Positions 18,760 through 27,037 of a DNA stretch of 64,000 bases are shown here, one piece after another. The DNA comes from Oceanispirochaeta sp. (lineage in GTDB: Bacteria; Spirochaetota; Spirochaetia; DSM-2461). The position numbers and the translations under genes were made by a program. Under the pieces are notes generated by a model. It was given only the letters and a program-made list of their open reading frames with translations, made no database searches and was not told the origin of the DNA. The stretch is taken from positions 1,312,001 through 1,376,000 of the forward strand of contig CAXXOA010000002.1 of the NCBI GenBank assembly GCA_963666275.2. Direction: 5' to 3'. The first letter of the stretch is position 1. Each line of letters begins with the position of its first letter.

Positions 18760-19635
18760 CTATAATTCCTGAATAGTTCGTAAAAAGACTGATAAGTTAA
18801 TATTTTTATTTGTTAAATCCAGTTTTCTTCTGATTGAATGCCGATGTTTTTCTATTGTTGCTGGTGAGAGACCTAATTCATCACTAATTTCTTTATTTGA
18901 CATTCCAGATTTAATATACTTAGATATCTGAAACTCTCTTGGAGATAGTAGATTCAATTTATCTTTTGTATCAAAAACTAAATCAGAATCAGGTTGTAAC
19001 ATATCTATTTTCAGTTTTGACATGAAATCTCTAAATTGCATAACATTGATTTTTTTATCCAGAAAATCAGTCAACTGAGCATCAATAATACTCCACAATT
19101 TTAATTGATTTTCCTTTTTTTCTGTTTCAATCTGAAATAAGATCTCTTTTAAAGCAATGTTTTTCTGTTCCAAGATAATGTATGCTTCAGATATTGTATG
19201 TTCCATTTCTATTCTATTCATTACAGCGCAAACTACATCAGCAAGCCCTTTTAGTAATTTTTTTTCTTCCGGAAGAAAACTTACTGAAGATTTTTTACTT
19301 TCATCAAATAGTTCAACAATGAGAGTAACCTTATCTCCATTGTTTATGTACAGTGATTCATGTATGGAATCAACAGAGACTCCTAAACCACCTTGAATCA
19401 TTTCTTTATTGTTTACAGAAATCCTGACTCTAGTTTTATTTGGTATTGAGAAACCTTCTGGGATTACTTTTGCAATCTTTCTTAATGCATCATCATAAGA
19501 AATATTAGGAATTGAAAGAACTTCCAGAACAGAAAATATACATGAAAGTTCTTTTTGTCTTTCTTCTAATGATAATTCAATCTGTTTTTCTCTCGTATCT
19601 TTTTTAAAATCGAGACTTTTGATATATGATTTCAT
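18760..19635 (-). CDS. LuxR-type HTH transcriptional regulator with N-terminal sensory region
   Basis: C-terminal LSPREFQI...GMSNKEISDELGLSPATIEKHRHSIRRKL. Confidence 0.85.
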   Translation of the reverse strand: MKSYIKSLDFKKDTREKQIELSLEERQKELSCIFSVLEVLSIPNISYDDALRKIAKVIPEGFSIPNKTRVRISVNNKEMIQGGLGVSVDSIHESLYINNGDKVTLIVELFDESKKSSVSFLPEEKKLLKGLADVVCAVMNRIEMEHTISEAYIILEQKNIALKEILFQIETEKKENQLKLWSIIDAQLTDFLDKKINVMQFRDFMSKLKIDMLQPDSDLVFDTKDKLNLLSPREFQISKYIKSGMSNKEISDELGLSPATIEKHRHSIRRKLDLTNKNINLSVFLRTIQEL

Positions 19636-19827
19636 TAATTAGTATTATAACTAGTATTCTTCAATTTTAGTAGGTCGTTTTCAATTTCTCATCATTGGAC
19701 TTGACTATTGTAACATTTCGTCATTTGGGTCCATGTTCTACGAATAAACGTATCTCCTATCCATGAATAATTAATTTCGTTGCAAATGTTACAGAAACTC
19801 TCTGAATGGTTTCTTATTATTAATGAC

Positions 19828-20562
19828 ATGAAACTATATGAAGTATTAGCCGCAGAATATAATGAGATTTTCCCATCCTCCCAGGAGAAGGTAGACTTTG
19901 TAGAACAGTACCTTGAGAAGGGAGAGTCTCAACGAATACTGGATATCGGTTGTGCAAGCGGAGAATTTGTCTATCAGTTATCTTCTTCAACCAGAGAAAT
20001 AGCAGGAATTGATCTTGATGGACTTATGATTGCTGAGGCAAAAAAACAAATGCCTTCTGACCAACCAGGCGTCATTCAATTCTTCCAGGCAGATATGCTT
20101 GGCTTTCTCAGTAATACCGAATCTGATTTCTATGATCTCATCACTTGCCTGGGTAATACAATTGTTTATCTTGATGGTGAGTCTGAATTGAGAGGTTTTC
20201 TTCAATCAGCGCAAAAAAATTTGAAAGAGCATGGAACGATGATTATTCAGATATTGAATTACAGCAATCCAATGATTGCTCCTGGTTTTATATTTCCGAA
20301 AGCAGAAACGAAGAAGATTGAGTTTAACAGAGAATATGTGGCATTAAAAGATTCTGCAAAGTTTGGGTTCAAGACCTCGGTGAAAGAAAAAGGTTCCAGT
20401 GAGACTGATATAGATTTACACCAGCACTTCCCCTTCATCAGCAGCAGAATTGAAAAAATTGCCTTGGAAGCTGGATTTATCAAATCAAAGATATTTGGCG
20501 GTTATGCTGGGAAAGAACCCGAGGTTTCTGATTTCTTTCATCTTGTCGTTCTTGAAAAGTAG
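19828..20562 (+). CDS. Class I SAM-dependent methyltransferase
   Basis: ILDIGCASG, GIDLD, ADM, CLGNT. Start set at MKLYE. Confidence 0.85.
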   Translation: MKLYEVLAAEYNEIFPSSQEKVDFVEQYLEKGESQRILDIGCASGEFVYQLSSSTREIAGIDLDGLMIAEAKKQMPSDQPGVIQFFQADMLGFLSNTESDFYDLITCLGNTIVYLDGESELRGFLQSAQKNLKEHGTMIIQILNYSNPMIAPGFIFPKAETKKIEFNREYVALKDSAKFGFKTSVKEKGSSETDIDLHQHFPFISSRIEKIALEAGFIKSKIFGGYAGKEPEVSDFFHLVVLEK

Positions 20563-20567
20563 ATTTT

Positions 20568-20610
20568 GAAGGATTTCCAGAAAGTTGTAATCCGGAAATC
20601 CTTCCATATT
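20568..20610. repeat. 43-bp hairpin-containing direct repeat, copy 1
   Basis: GAAGGATTTCCAGAAAGTTGTAATCCGGAAATCCTTCCATATT; 42/43 identical to 33602-33644. Confidence 0.9.
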
Positions 20611-20649
20611 CAATTGTAATCAAATCTATCATGGTTGTGAGATATGAAA

Positions 20650-21006
20650 TCATTTTCTCTGCCAGAATTCTATACGATGACCTTCTGGGTCATATAAATA
20701 AAAAATCATAGCATCCCATGGATGGCTTTTTATTGGTGAAGAATCAATCCCTAATTGATTCAGTTCATTCTTTTTCTCTTCTAAATTCAAAACTTCCAGA
20801 GAGAGTGTGATTCCCGCACCACCAGAGCTTTTTATCGTGGTTCTTTGAGAGTCCGCGACACTTAGTCGGGAGTTCTCTGATAATTTAAATTCAACAAACC
20901 ATTCATTTGCAAGGAGTACAGGAAGTTTTAGGATGGATTTATAAAATGAAACTGTTTCCTCCCAAATGTTACAATAGAGTATTGTATTGGAGCTCACTAC
21001 TGGCAT
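20650..21006 (-). CDS. VOC (glyoxalase/bleomycin resistance) family protein
   Basis: SFYKSIL, HPW...FYLYDPEGHRIEF. Confidence 0.85.
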   Translation of the reverse strand: MPVVSSNTILYCNIWEETVSFYKSILKLPVLLANEWFVEFKLSENSRLSVADSQRTTIKSSGGAGITLSLEVLNLEEKKNELNQLGIDSSPIKSHPWDAMIFYLYDPEGHRIEFWQRK

Positions 21007-21107
21007 CTTGATTTTACCTCGCTCTTATTTATATGTGTTTTAAGAATGAATACAAGTTCGTATCTGGTTATATTGATGAAGAGCAATGGATGTCTTATTC
21101 TTTTAAT

Positions 21108-21815
21108 ATGAACCAAGATGTATGCCGACACTGCCATAATAAAGGATGTGCCAGAAAAGTTCCAATATTTGCCTCTCTGGATAATGATGAGATTGCCGAC
21201 ATCATACGGATGACTGGACACTTTGATTACCGTAAAGGTGAATTTCTGTGCCATGAAGGTGATCCAGCGTCTGAACTTTTTATTATAAATGAAGGAAAGG
21301 TAAAACTTTCCAAATTTACAAAAGACGGTAAAGAACAAATCCTCCGAATCCTCTCAAATGGTTCCATTTTTGGCGAATACTATCTGTTAAGTGATAACAT
21401 TCCATGCAACTTCTCCGCTATAGCCATCACAGATCTGAAAATCTGTACACTTGGTAAACCGCAAATGGATAAGCTATTGGTAAGCCATCCCGAGATCGGC
21501 ATCAAACTTCTGAAAGAGGTTTCCAGCAGGTTGATTCAGATGGAAAATCTGGCAGGCAAACTTTCAAGCCATGATACAGACTCAAAAGTGGCGTATGTTC
21601 TCCTGGACATGGTGGAGAAGTATGGCTCTCTGACTATCGATGGAATTCGCATTGAAACTCCCCTAAACAGGGAAGAGATGGCCAACTTTGCCGGTGTTAC
21701 CAGAGAAACGATGAGCAGGAAACTCAGTAGTTTTGAAAAGACCGGCGTCATCAAGGTCATAGGTCACCGTAAAATAATCATTACAGAAAAAAGCGCTTTG
21801 GAAGAAATGATCTAA
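21108..21815 (+). CDS. Crp/Fnr family regulator with N-terminal Cys cluster
   Basis: CRHCHNKGC N-terminus, cNMP-like barrel (GKEQIL, FGE), HTH REEMANFAGVTRETMSR. Start uncertain (21090 or 21108). Confidence 0.9.
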   Translation: MNQDVCRHCHNKGCARKVPIFASLDNDEIADIIRMTGHFDYRKGEFLCHEGDPASELFIINEGKVKLSKFTKDGKEQILRILSNGSIFGEYYLLSDNIPCNFSAIAITDLKICTLGKPQMDKLLVSHPEIGIKLLKEVSSRLIQMENLAGKLSSHDTDSKVAYVLLDMVEKYGSLTIDGIRIETPLNREEMANFAGVTRETMSRKLSSFEKTGVIKVIGHRKIIITEKSALEEMI

Positions 21816-21828
21816 TTATTTTTCATAT

Positions 21829-21844
21829 TGTGCGTCAAATCACA
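21829..21844. promoter_or_regulatory. Crp/Fnr (HcpR-like) binding site upstream of fprA
   Basis: TGTGC-GTCAAA-TCACA, 9/10 match to TGTGA-N6-TCACA. Confidence 0.65.
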
Positions 21845-21914
21845 TTTTTATTTTTATACCGGGTTTATTCTCCAGTTACAAGTTAACCATTCGAAGGTTA
21901 CCAGGAGGATACAA

Positions 21915-23144
21915 ATGAGTATAAAAATTAACGGCAATACATCATGGATTGGAAAGGTTGATGCCAGAGACGTTCCCTTTCACCGCCTGGTCCTGACGAA
22001 AGGAACAACTTACAACAGCTACCTGATCAATTCTGAAAAACCGACGGTTATTGATACGGTGGATATCTCTTTCGGTAAAGAGTTCAGGGACAATCTAGAA
22101 AAAGAGATCGATCTGTCGGCCATCCGGTACATCGTTATCAATCACACAGAACCGGACCATTCCGGAGGTCTTCGGACCCTGGCCGCTAAAGCGGTGGATG
22201 CGGTTATCGTCTGTACCGAACCTGCGGTCTATGAACTGAAGGAGATGTACAAGCTCCATGACCGGGAATTTCTGGCCGTGAAAACCGGCGACACCCTGGA
22301 TATCGGGGGTAAAACCCTGCATTTTTTCGAAACTCCCTACCTGCATACCGAAGAGACCATGGTGACCTATTGCCCGGAAGACCGGATACTCTATTCCTGC
22401 GATATTTTCTCCACCCATGTGGCCAATGAAAACTACTTTGACGACAGGGAACCGGCGGATATTATGGAGGACTTCAAAGTTTACTATAAGCTAATCATGG
22501 GGCCCCACAGGCTCTATGTGAGAGACCTGATAGAGATTCTCTCCGGTCTGGATATTCAGACCATAGCCCCCTCCCATGGCTATATCCTCAGGAACAATGC
22601 CCGGAAGTATATCGATCTGTACGATAAGATGAGCCGGAACAGAGAGGAAGGGGTAAAGGGGCTGGTTCTCTATTCAACCATGACGGGTAATACGAAACAG
22701 ATAGCCCGGTCCATTCAACATATGTATGAACAGATGGGTATCCCCATGGAGATTCTGGATGCTGACAGAACAGATCCAGAAGAGATCAGAAGGGCTATCA
22801 CCGCAGCGGACATTGTCTTTTTCGGCAGTTCCACCCGTTACGCCGATATGCCCGGAAAACTCGAGAGTATTCTGAAAGATCTGAAGGATATGGATCTGAA
22901 AAATAAATATGCCGCCGCCTTCGGCTCCTATGGCTGGAGCGGTGAGCCCATTGAGATCATACAGGACTATCTGGAGGATTTGGATTTCCGGACTTTTACA
23001 ACAAGCGGGATTATCAAAACCACGGGAATGACGGATGTGAACTTCCCCATCAGGATCAGGTTTTCCCTGAATGACGAAAGCAGGAAAAAACTGAAAAGAG
23101 CGGTGTACTACACCATTGAACAGGTAAACGGCAAAGGAGCGTGA
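21915..23144 (+). CDS. fprA: Flavodiiron protein (FprA, NO/O2 reductase)
   Basis: GTTYNSYLI, NHTEPDHSG, PSHG, C-terminal flavodoxin (STMTGNT, AFGSYGWSG). RBS AGGAGG before ATG 21915. Confidence 0.92.
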   Translation: MSIKINGNTSWIGKVDARDVPFHRLVLTKGTTYNSYLINSEKPTVIDTVDISFGKEFRDNLEKEIDLSAIRYIVINHTEPDHSGGLRTLAAKAVDAVIVCTEPAVYELKEMYKLHDREFLAVKTGDTLDIGGKTLHFFETPYLHTEETMVTYCPEDRILYSCDIFSTHVANENYFDDREPADIMEDFKVYYKLIMGPHRLYVRDLIEILSGLDIQTIAPSHGYILRNNARKYIDLYDKMSRNREEGVKGLVLYSTMTGNTKQIARSIQHMYEQMGIPMEILDADRTDPEEIRRAITAADIVFFGSSTRYADMPGKLESILKDLKDMDLKNKYAAAFGSYGWSGEPIEIIQDYLEDLDFRTFTTSGIIKTTGMTDVNFPIRIRFSLNDESRKKLKRAVYYTIEQVNGKGA

Positions 23145-23145
23145 A

Positions 23146-23865
23146 ATGGAAGTTATAAATATCAGAAATACATCTCTGGGAGAAATTGTTGCGGAGAACC
23201 CCCTGGTTATCCCTGTACTGAATAAATATGGCCTGGACTACTGCTGCGGCGGAAAAGATACCCTCTCCCGGGCGATACACGAGGGAAACCTTGATGAAGA
23301 AAAGGTATATGAAGAGCTGGAAGGGGTCATGAAGGAGACAGAAACTCTAACAGAACTGTTCAGAGACTGGCGGAAGGCTTCCATACCCGAGATTATGGAC
23401 AGAATCCTCCAGACTCATCATGTCTTTATGAAAGAGACATTGGCGGAGTTGAATGCCCTCTTGTTCAAAGTTCTCAAGGCTCATTACAGGAACCACGGTG
23501 GTCTGTTACTCGAGGTACATAAGCTTTTTGGAACTCTCAAGACGGAGCTGGAAGCCCATCTCATTAAAGAAGAGGAGAGTCTGTTTCCCCGGATTCTTGA
23601 TTATTCCCAATCGGGAGACATTGCTATGCAGAAAGAGATTCTGGAAGAGATGGTCACAACCGAAGAGGAGCATGATGCGGCGGGTGACCTGTTCAGAAAA
23701 CTGAATAATGTAACCGGAGGTTATCGGGCACCGGAAGACAGCTGTATTTCTTTCCAAAGGACCTTTGAACTTCTGAATGCTCTGGAAAAGGATACATTCA
23801 ATCATATCCATCTGGAAAACAGCATCCTCTTTGAAGCCCTGAAATCTTCTTTACAACGGGAGTAA
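23146..23865 (+). CDS. ric: Repair of iron centres di-iron protein (RIC/ScdA/YtfE)
   Basis: GLDYCCGG N-terminal domain, HH, HLIKEE, EEEH, HIHLENSILF. Confidence 0.92.
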   Translation: MEVINIRNTSLGEIVAENPLVIPVLNKYGLDYCCGGKDTLSRAIHEGNLDEEKVYEELEGVMKETETLTELFRDWRKASIPEIMDRILQTHHVFMKETLAELNALLFKVLKAHYRNHGGLLLEVHKLFGTLKTELEAHLIKEEESLFPRILDYSQSGDIAMQKEILEEMVTTEEEHDAAGDLFRKLNNVTGGYRAPEDSCISFQRTFELLNALEKDTFNHIHLENSILFEALKSSLQRE

Positions 23866-23901
23866 TCCCCTTGATACTATTAAAGAACCACGGAGGACTT
23901 T

Positions 23902-25092
23902 ATGGGAGAAGGAATCGGCACCAATAAATTGAAAGAGCAAGAACTGCGGAAGATCATAAAAGATCTGAACGAAGGATCTGATATCAAAAAGGTGAAGAGG
24001 GATTTTGATAAACTGATAAGGGATATCAGCCCCGAGGAGATCGCCAATGTGGAACAGTCCCTGATTGATGAAGGGGTTCCGGTGGAGCATGTGCAGAAAC
24101 TCTGCGATATCCATGTCCAGGTGTTTGATGATGCCCTGAAGAAGCAGGGGAAGACAAAGGTACTACCCGGCCATCCCGTCCATACCTACAGGCTGGAAAA
24201 CAGGGAACTCCGTAAGAAAATCCGAAACCTCAAATCAGGCAGATCCGATTTCCTCACCCGACTGAAGGATGTGAAACTCATAGAACTCCATTATGTGAGG
24301 AAGGAAAACCAGCTCTTTCCCTACCTGGAATCTGTGGGATTTACAGGACCTTCCAAGGTTATGTGGGGCAAGCACGATGAAATCCGGGCTCTCTTCCGGG
24401 AGATTGAAGAGGAGTACGCCAAAGGGGATATGACCGGGGTAAAGAAAAAGAGACGTGCTCTTATTAAAGGGCTCAGAAATATGATCTTTATGGAGGAGAA
24501 AATTCTCTTTCCCACATCCCTGCGTAAGCTGCCATCTCAGGCTTGGGTCTCTATAAGAAAGGGAGAAAGTTCCATCGGGTACTGCTGGGTAGAGCCTGGA
24601 AACCTCTGGGATGCCAATCTGGTGGGTTCGCAGGATTCTGATGCTGGGTCTGTCCAGGACGCTCCGTCTGTGGCGAGTAGGGGGACTGATAAAATCTCTC
24701 TGGATACAGGTTCCCTGACGGCATTTCAGATCAACCTTCTGCTGAAAAACCTACCCTTTGATATGACCTATGTGGATGAGAATGACAAAGTGGCCTACTA
24801 CTCGGAGGGAAAAGAGCGGATCTTTCCCAGAAGCCCGGGGATTATAGGACGGGATGTGGCTAACTGTCATCCTCCCAAAAGTGTTCATGTGGTTGAGAAA
24901 ATTGTTGAGGCTCTTAAAAAGGGCGAGAAAGACCAGGCAGAATTTTGGATAAAGATGAATGGTATGTTTATCCATATCAGGTATTTTCCCATTTTTGATG
25001 CTTTGGGCAAATACCGAGGGATTATCGAAGTCAGTCAGGAGGTCTCGGGAATACGGTCTCTTGAGGGAGAACGGCGTCTTCTGGATTGGTAA
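23902..25092 (+). CDS. DUF438 + hemerythrin + PAS domain protein
   Basis: LCDIH, GHPVHTY, HYVRKENQLFP, VMWGKHD, EEKILFP, C-terminal PAS (IIGRDVANCHPPKSVH). Confidence 0.85.
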   Translation: MGEGIGTNKLKEQELRKIIKDLNEGSDIKKVKRDFDKLIRDISPEEIANVEQSLIDEGVPVEHVQKLCDIHVQVFDDALKKQGKTKVLPGHPVHTYRLENRELRKKIRNLKSGRSDFLTRLKDVKLIELHYVRKENQLFPYLESVGFTGPSKVMWGKHDEIRALFREIEEEYAKGDMTGVKKKRRALIKGLRNMIFMEEKILFPTSLRKLPSQAWVSIRKGESSIGYCWVEPGNLWDANLVGSQDSDAGSVQDAPSVASRGTDKISLDTGSLTAFQINLLLKNLPFDMTYVDENDKVAYYSEGKERIFPRSPGIIGRDVANCHPPKSVHVVEKIVEALKKGEKDQAEFWIKMNGMFIHIRYFPIFDALGKYRGIIEVSQEVSGIRSLEGERRLLDW

Positions 25093-25818
25093 ATGGACAA
25101 GTATAGAACCCTGTCACTGGTGGATTACATACAGCTCCTTTATAAGGGCCGGCTGGATAAATACCTCTATTCCTACTTTGAAGAGGAGCTGAAGGAATGT
25201 ACGCCCTTTGAGGTGAATCTGGCTATTGAGAATCTGATCATCCGGTATAAGGATGTGGAGGATATTGAAAAAACCGTTGCCCGGTTTCTCCGGGCGGCCT
25301 CTCGCGGTCTGGATCAGTACCCGGCGCCCGAGTATGGACGGGAAACACTTTTTTCAGTTCTTGTGAGGGAAAACAGAGTTATCCGGAATCTCCTGGAAGA
25401 TCTGAAAGGGGTTTTTCTTCAGATTCTCCCCCTGCTGAAGCAGAACAGTTCTGCAGAAAAAGCGGCGTTCGGGAGGGAAATTCGTAAACTGGAAGCGGTG
25501 AAGTCCCATTACCTGAAGCTGCAGTACGGCCTTTTCTCCGCTCTGGAGTCCGTGGGTGCCCCAACCTTGTGTATCAAACTGATGTGGCATCTGCAGGATT
25601 CGGTCTGGCCCCTTCATAAGGAGTGCCTGGCTTTACTGGACAGCGAAGAGTGGGATTTTCAAATGTTCAATAAGACCTACGGCCAACTGTATTTTCTTGT
25701 GGGAACCCTGTTATACAGGGAAGAGAAGATCCTCTATCCGGTAGCCGTATCGGTTCTGCCCTTATCAGTCCAGGAATCTCTGGTGAAGGAAACAGGCTCC
25801 TACGGAATCCTGTCGTAA
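25093..25818 (+). CDS. Hemerythrin-like protein, divergent paralogue of the preceding hemerythrin region
   Basis: HYLKLQYGLFSALE, LMWHLQD, REEKILYP. Confidence 0.6.
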   Translation: MDKYRTLSLVDYIQLLYKGRLDKYLYSYFEEELKECTPFEVNLAIENLIIRYKDVEDIEKTVARFLRAASRGLDQYPAPEYGRETLFSVLVRENRVIRNLLEDLKGVFLQILPLLKQNSSAEKAAFGREIRKLEAVKSHYLKLQYGLFSALESVGAPTLCIKLMWHLQDSVWPLHKECLALLDSEEWDFQMFNKTYGQLYFLVGTLLYREEKILYPVAVSVLPLSVQESLVKETGSYGILS

Positions 25819-25917
25819 TATTTGCCATCGATTTCTGTTGTTTATTTTGAATTGGTATTGTCATGCCCTATGATTGGATTAGAAAACCATTCGAATTAAA
25901 GAATATTCTATATATAA

Positions 25918-25933
25918 TGTAACATATATCACA
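25918..25933. promoter_or_regulatory. Crp/Fnr-type site upstream of the cupin gene
   Basis: TGTAA-CATATA-TCACA. Confidence 0.6.
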
Positions 25934-25983
25934 TACAGACTCTCTGTTCTCTTTTATATTCTTAAAGTATAGAGGAGGTCGGA

Positions 25984-26304
25984 ATGATAATTACAACAAT
26001 TGAAAAAGCCGAAACAATGGTACATAAAAACGGAGTTAAAGCCCAGAAGGTCTACTCGCATCCGGAAGCTCTGGTAAACCATCTTACATTTCAGGGAGGG
26101 GCGCGGTTAAAAACTCATACCACCCCGGTGGATGTGTTTTTCTATGTGCTGGAAGGAAAAGCCTGGATTGAGATAGGGGATGAGCGGGGCGCTGTGGAAG
26201 CCGGTTCTGTTGTAGAGAGTCCCAAAGGCATTCCCCATGCTCTGGAAAATTTCAGCGATAATGAAATCCTGAGAGTGATGGTTGTAAAGACTCCCAGGCC
26301 GTGA
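25984..26304 (+). CDS. Cupin domain protein
   Basis: HTTPVDVFFYVLEG...PKGIPH. Confidence 0.85.
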   Translation: MIITTIEKAETMVHKNGVKAQKVYSHPEALVNHLTFQGGARLKTHTTPVDVFFYVLEGKAWIEIGDERGAVEAGSVVESPKGIPHALENFSDNEILRVMVVKTPRP

Positions 26305-26364
26305 ATGGATAATAGGAAGGAAGTATGGGAAATTATCCTTGATTTCGTGGAGTGAGTGTATTAT

Positions 26365-26380
26365 GTTAGTAATCGATAAC
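26365..26380. promoter_or_regulatory. Putative TetR operator 1
   Basis: GTTAGTAATCGATAAC imperfect palindrome upstream of tetR; repeated at 27007. Confidence 0.6.
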
Positions 26381-26399
26381 TATTCGGGGGACCAGTCAT

Positions 26400-26987
26400 A
26401 TGTTTACAGACCGGCAGAAAGACTTTCTGAAAGCAGCTAATATGATTATCTCTCAGGAAGGATTCAGTAAATTGACCATCCGGAATGTGGCAGCAGCGGT
26501 GGGAGTGACCGAGCCGTCCGTGTACAGGCATTTTCCCAGCAAGCTTGTGCTTCTGGAGAATTTGTTGGAGGATCTGCAGTCAAAACTGATGCCCCATTTT
26601 CATGGCTTTCTAAAGGAGGCGGCTCATAATTCCGACAGTTTCAGGATTTTCATTCTGGGGTTGTTCAGAGAGTTTAAAGCCAATCCGTCGTATGCTTTTT
26701 TTGTATTTTCCGAGGAGGTTTTCCATAACGAGGCCCAATTGAAAAACAAATTGCAGATGATCATGGCTGAAAACATTTCTTTTCTTGCCAGGGCATTTGA
26801 AATATTTCAGTCCCGGGGATACTGCCGGGATGATCTCACTCCCCGGGAGATCGCATTGAATACCCTTGCCATGATTCGGTTAACTGTAAGCCGTTGGAAG
26901 ATAATGGACGAAGCGGAAGATCTGGATACTATGGCCAAAGAGATGGTGTCATCGCAGACTACATTACTGGGCGTTTCCGGATCGTGA
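26400..26987 (+). CDS. TetR/AcrR family regulator
   Basis: GFSKLTIRNVAAAVGVTEPSVYRHFPSK. Confidence 0.92.
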   Translation: MFTDRQKDFLKAANMIISQEGFSKLTIRNVAAAVGVTEPSVYRHFPSKLVLLENLLEDLQSKLMPHFHGFLKEAAHNSDSFRIFILGLFREFKANPSYAFFVFSEEVFHNEAQLKNKLQMIMAENISFLARAFEIFQSRGYCRDDLTPREIALNTLAMIRLTVSRWKIMDEAEDLDTMAKEMVSSQTTLLGVSGS

Positions 26988-27006
26988 GATTTTTTTTATT
27001 ATTAAA

Positions 27007-27022
27007 GTTAGTGAACGATAAC
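27007..27022. promoter_or_regulatory. Putative TetR operator 2
   Basis: GTTAGTGAACGATAAC upstream of the MMPL RBS. Confidence 0.6.
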
Positions 27023-27037
27023 AAACATGGAGGTCTT

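Noticed and set aside
26894..27037. N-terminal extensions in the ORF track (MMPL; also fprA, YitT, AAA_28, DUF4956)
   Set aside because: Downstream starts fit better, from RBS placement or where family-like sequence begins, and some extensions overlap neighbouring genes or operators.
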